A DNA stretch of 32,000 bases, from contig NZ_CP046580.1 of the NCBI RefSeq assembly GCF_013365495.1, positions 660,001 to 692,000 of the forward strand. Direction: 5' to 3'. Positions 31,351-32,000 of the stretch are shown one piece after another. Position numbers and translations under genes: made by a program. Under the pieces are notes generated by a model. That model saw nothing but the letters and a program-made list of their open reading frames with translations, did not search any database and was not told the DNA's origin. Each line of letters begins with the position of its first letter. Positions within the stretch are counted from its first letter, which is position 1. The stretch is from Candidatus Saccharimonadota bacterium. GTDB lineage: Bacteria; Pseudomonadota; Alphaproteobacteria; Rickettsiales; Anaplasmataceae.

Positions 31351-31632
31351 ATGGCTAACTCCATAAAAAAATTTACCGTACAATGTAATTTTAGAGGAGA
31401 AATTTCATCTTTTGTTATATACATAGGAAACCCCAAAAATGACACTCATCCGATTCACCACCAAGATTCCTGGCTCATAAAGGAACGTGGAGGCAATATT
31501 CCTACTAAAATAAAAGAAAGTCTGCAAAAACTGCATAAATTATCAAAAGAAAATGGAATACCCTTTCCAGAATTATGTACATATGCCATTACAGTAGTTA
31601 ACAATAGTGATAAAAAACATAGGAAAAAATAA
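31351..31632 (+). CDS. Hypothetical small protein (93 aa)
   Basis: ATG directly after the upstream TAG, with AGGA 6 nt upstream. The sequence has globular-looking composition (FTVQCNFRGEISSFVIYIGNPKNDTHPIHHQDSWLIKERGGNIP...). It may belong to a conserved small-protein family of unknown function in intracellular proteobacteria, but I cannot confirm that without a search. Confidence 0.6.
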   Translation: MANSIKKFTVQCNFRGEISSFVIYIGNPKNDTHPIHHQDSWLIKERGGNIPTKIKESLQKLHKLSKENGIPFPELCTYAITVVNNSDKKHRKK

Positions 31633-32000
31633 TAATACCTTTCAGTATTTTTTTCATACCCCAACCTCAAACACTGAAAATAACAATGCAATTTATCACT
31701 GCTATATTATTTACTTTATAAATATAGTATAAAAATAACACAATACAAACACTTTACTAATAAAATTTATACTAAGTTCAATTTTTTTTAAAATTTAAGC
31801 TACTTTATGAAAATAAAAAAGTAAACAAAGAAATATTGTATTTATCATTAACTTTCCCATATCAACACACCATATTTTTATACGTTACACAGTTAATACT
31901 ATACTACCAACTCAGCTATAATAAAGAGAGTTACTAAAACTAAAATAATGAAAAAGTTCTTAAAAAGAAAAATTACTTCCCATAGTATATATTAGAATAG

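Noticed and set aside
31455-31691. 78-aa minus-strand ORF overlapping the 93-aa ORF.
   Set aside because: It is antisense to the better-supported, translationally coupled plus-strand ORF. Its sequence is Cys/Phe/Leu-rich, typical of an antisense AT-rich frame.
31948-31995. ATG ORF near the right edge (MKKFLKRKITSHSIY) that might have been the start of a gene leaving the window.
   Set aside because: It terminates at a TAG after 15 codons inside the window and has no SD.

Overview
AT-rich (roughly three quarters A+T by eye) chromosomal segment of housekeeping genes from a reduced-genome alphaproteobacterium. The gene content (Coq7, NuoG/H, F0 cluster atpB-atpE-b'-b, heme A synthase, propionyl-CoA carboxylase alpha, NDUFAF7/MidA-like methyltransferase, family-4 UDG behind def) and the very long ORF-free spacers suggest Rickettsiales, most like an Ehrlichia-type Anaplasmataceae genome. 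That taxon call is inference and is not verified. I can support 24 protein-coding genes, one of which is truncated at the left edge and absent from the ORF track. I can also support 2 tRNAs (Asn-GUU, Thr-UGU), each with a plausible sigma70-like promoter, one 14-bp tandem duplication and one weak terminator. I recognise no rRNA, CRISPR array, transposase/integrase, phage gene, toxin-antitoxin pair or defence gene. About a quarter of the window is ORF-free spacer (gaps of ~0.4-1.9 kb). These gaps mostly lie upstream of genes, whereas convergent 3' ends overlap or nearly touch. I did not find a convincing novel multi-gene system. The best leads are modest: the 1.9-kb gene-free def/der spacer with an orphan SD-ATG and nested palindromes, a translationally coupled pair of small lineage-specific ORFs at the right end, a catalytically degenerate LytM/NlpD-like lipoprotein, a 70-aa ORF coupled to nuoG, and low-complexity insertions in CtaA and PccA. 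Several ORF-track starts are TTG/GTG-extended. Where a conserved N-terminus begins at an internal ATG I give that shorter start.
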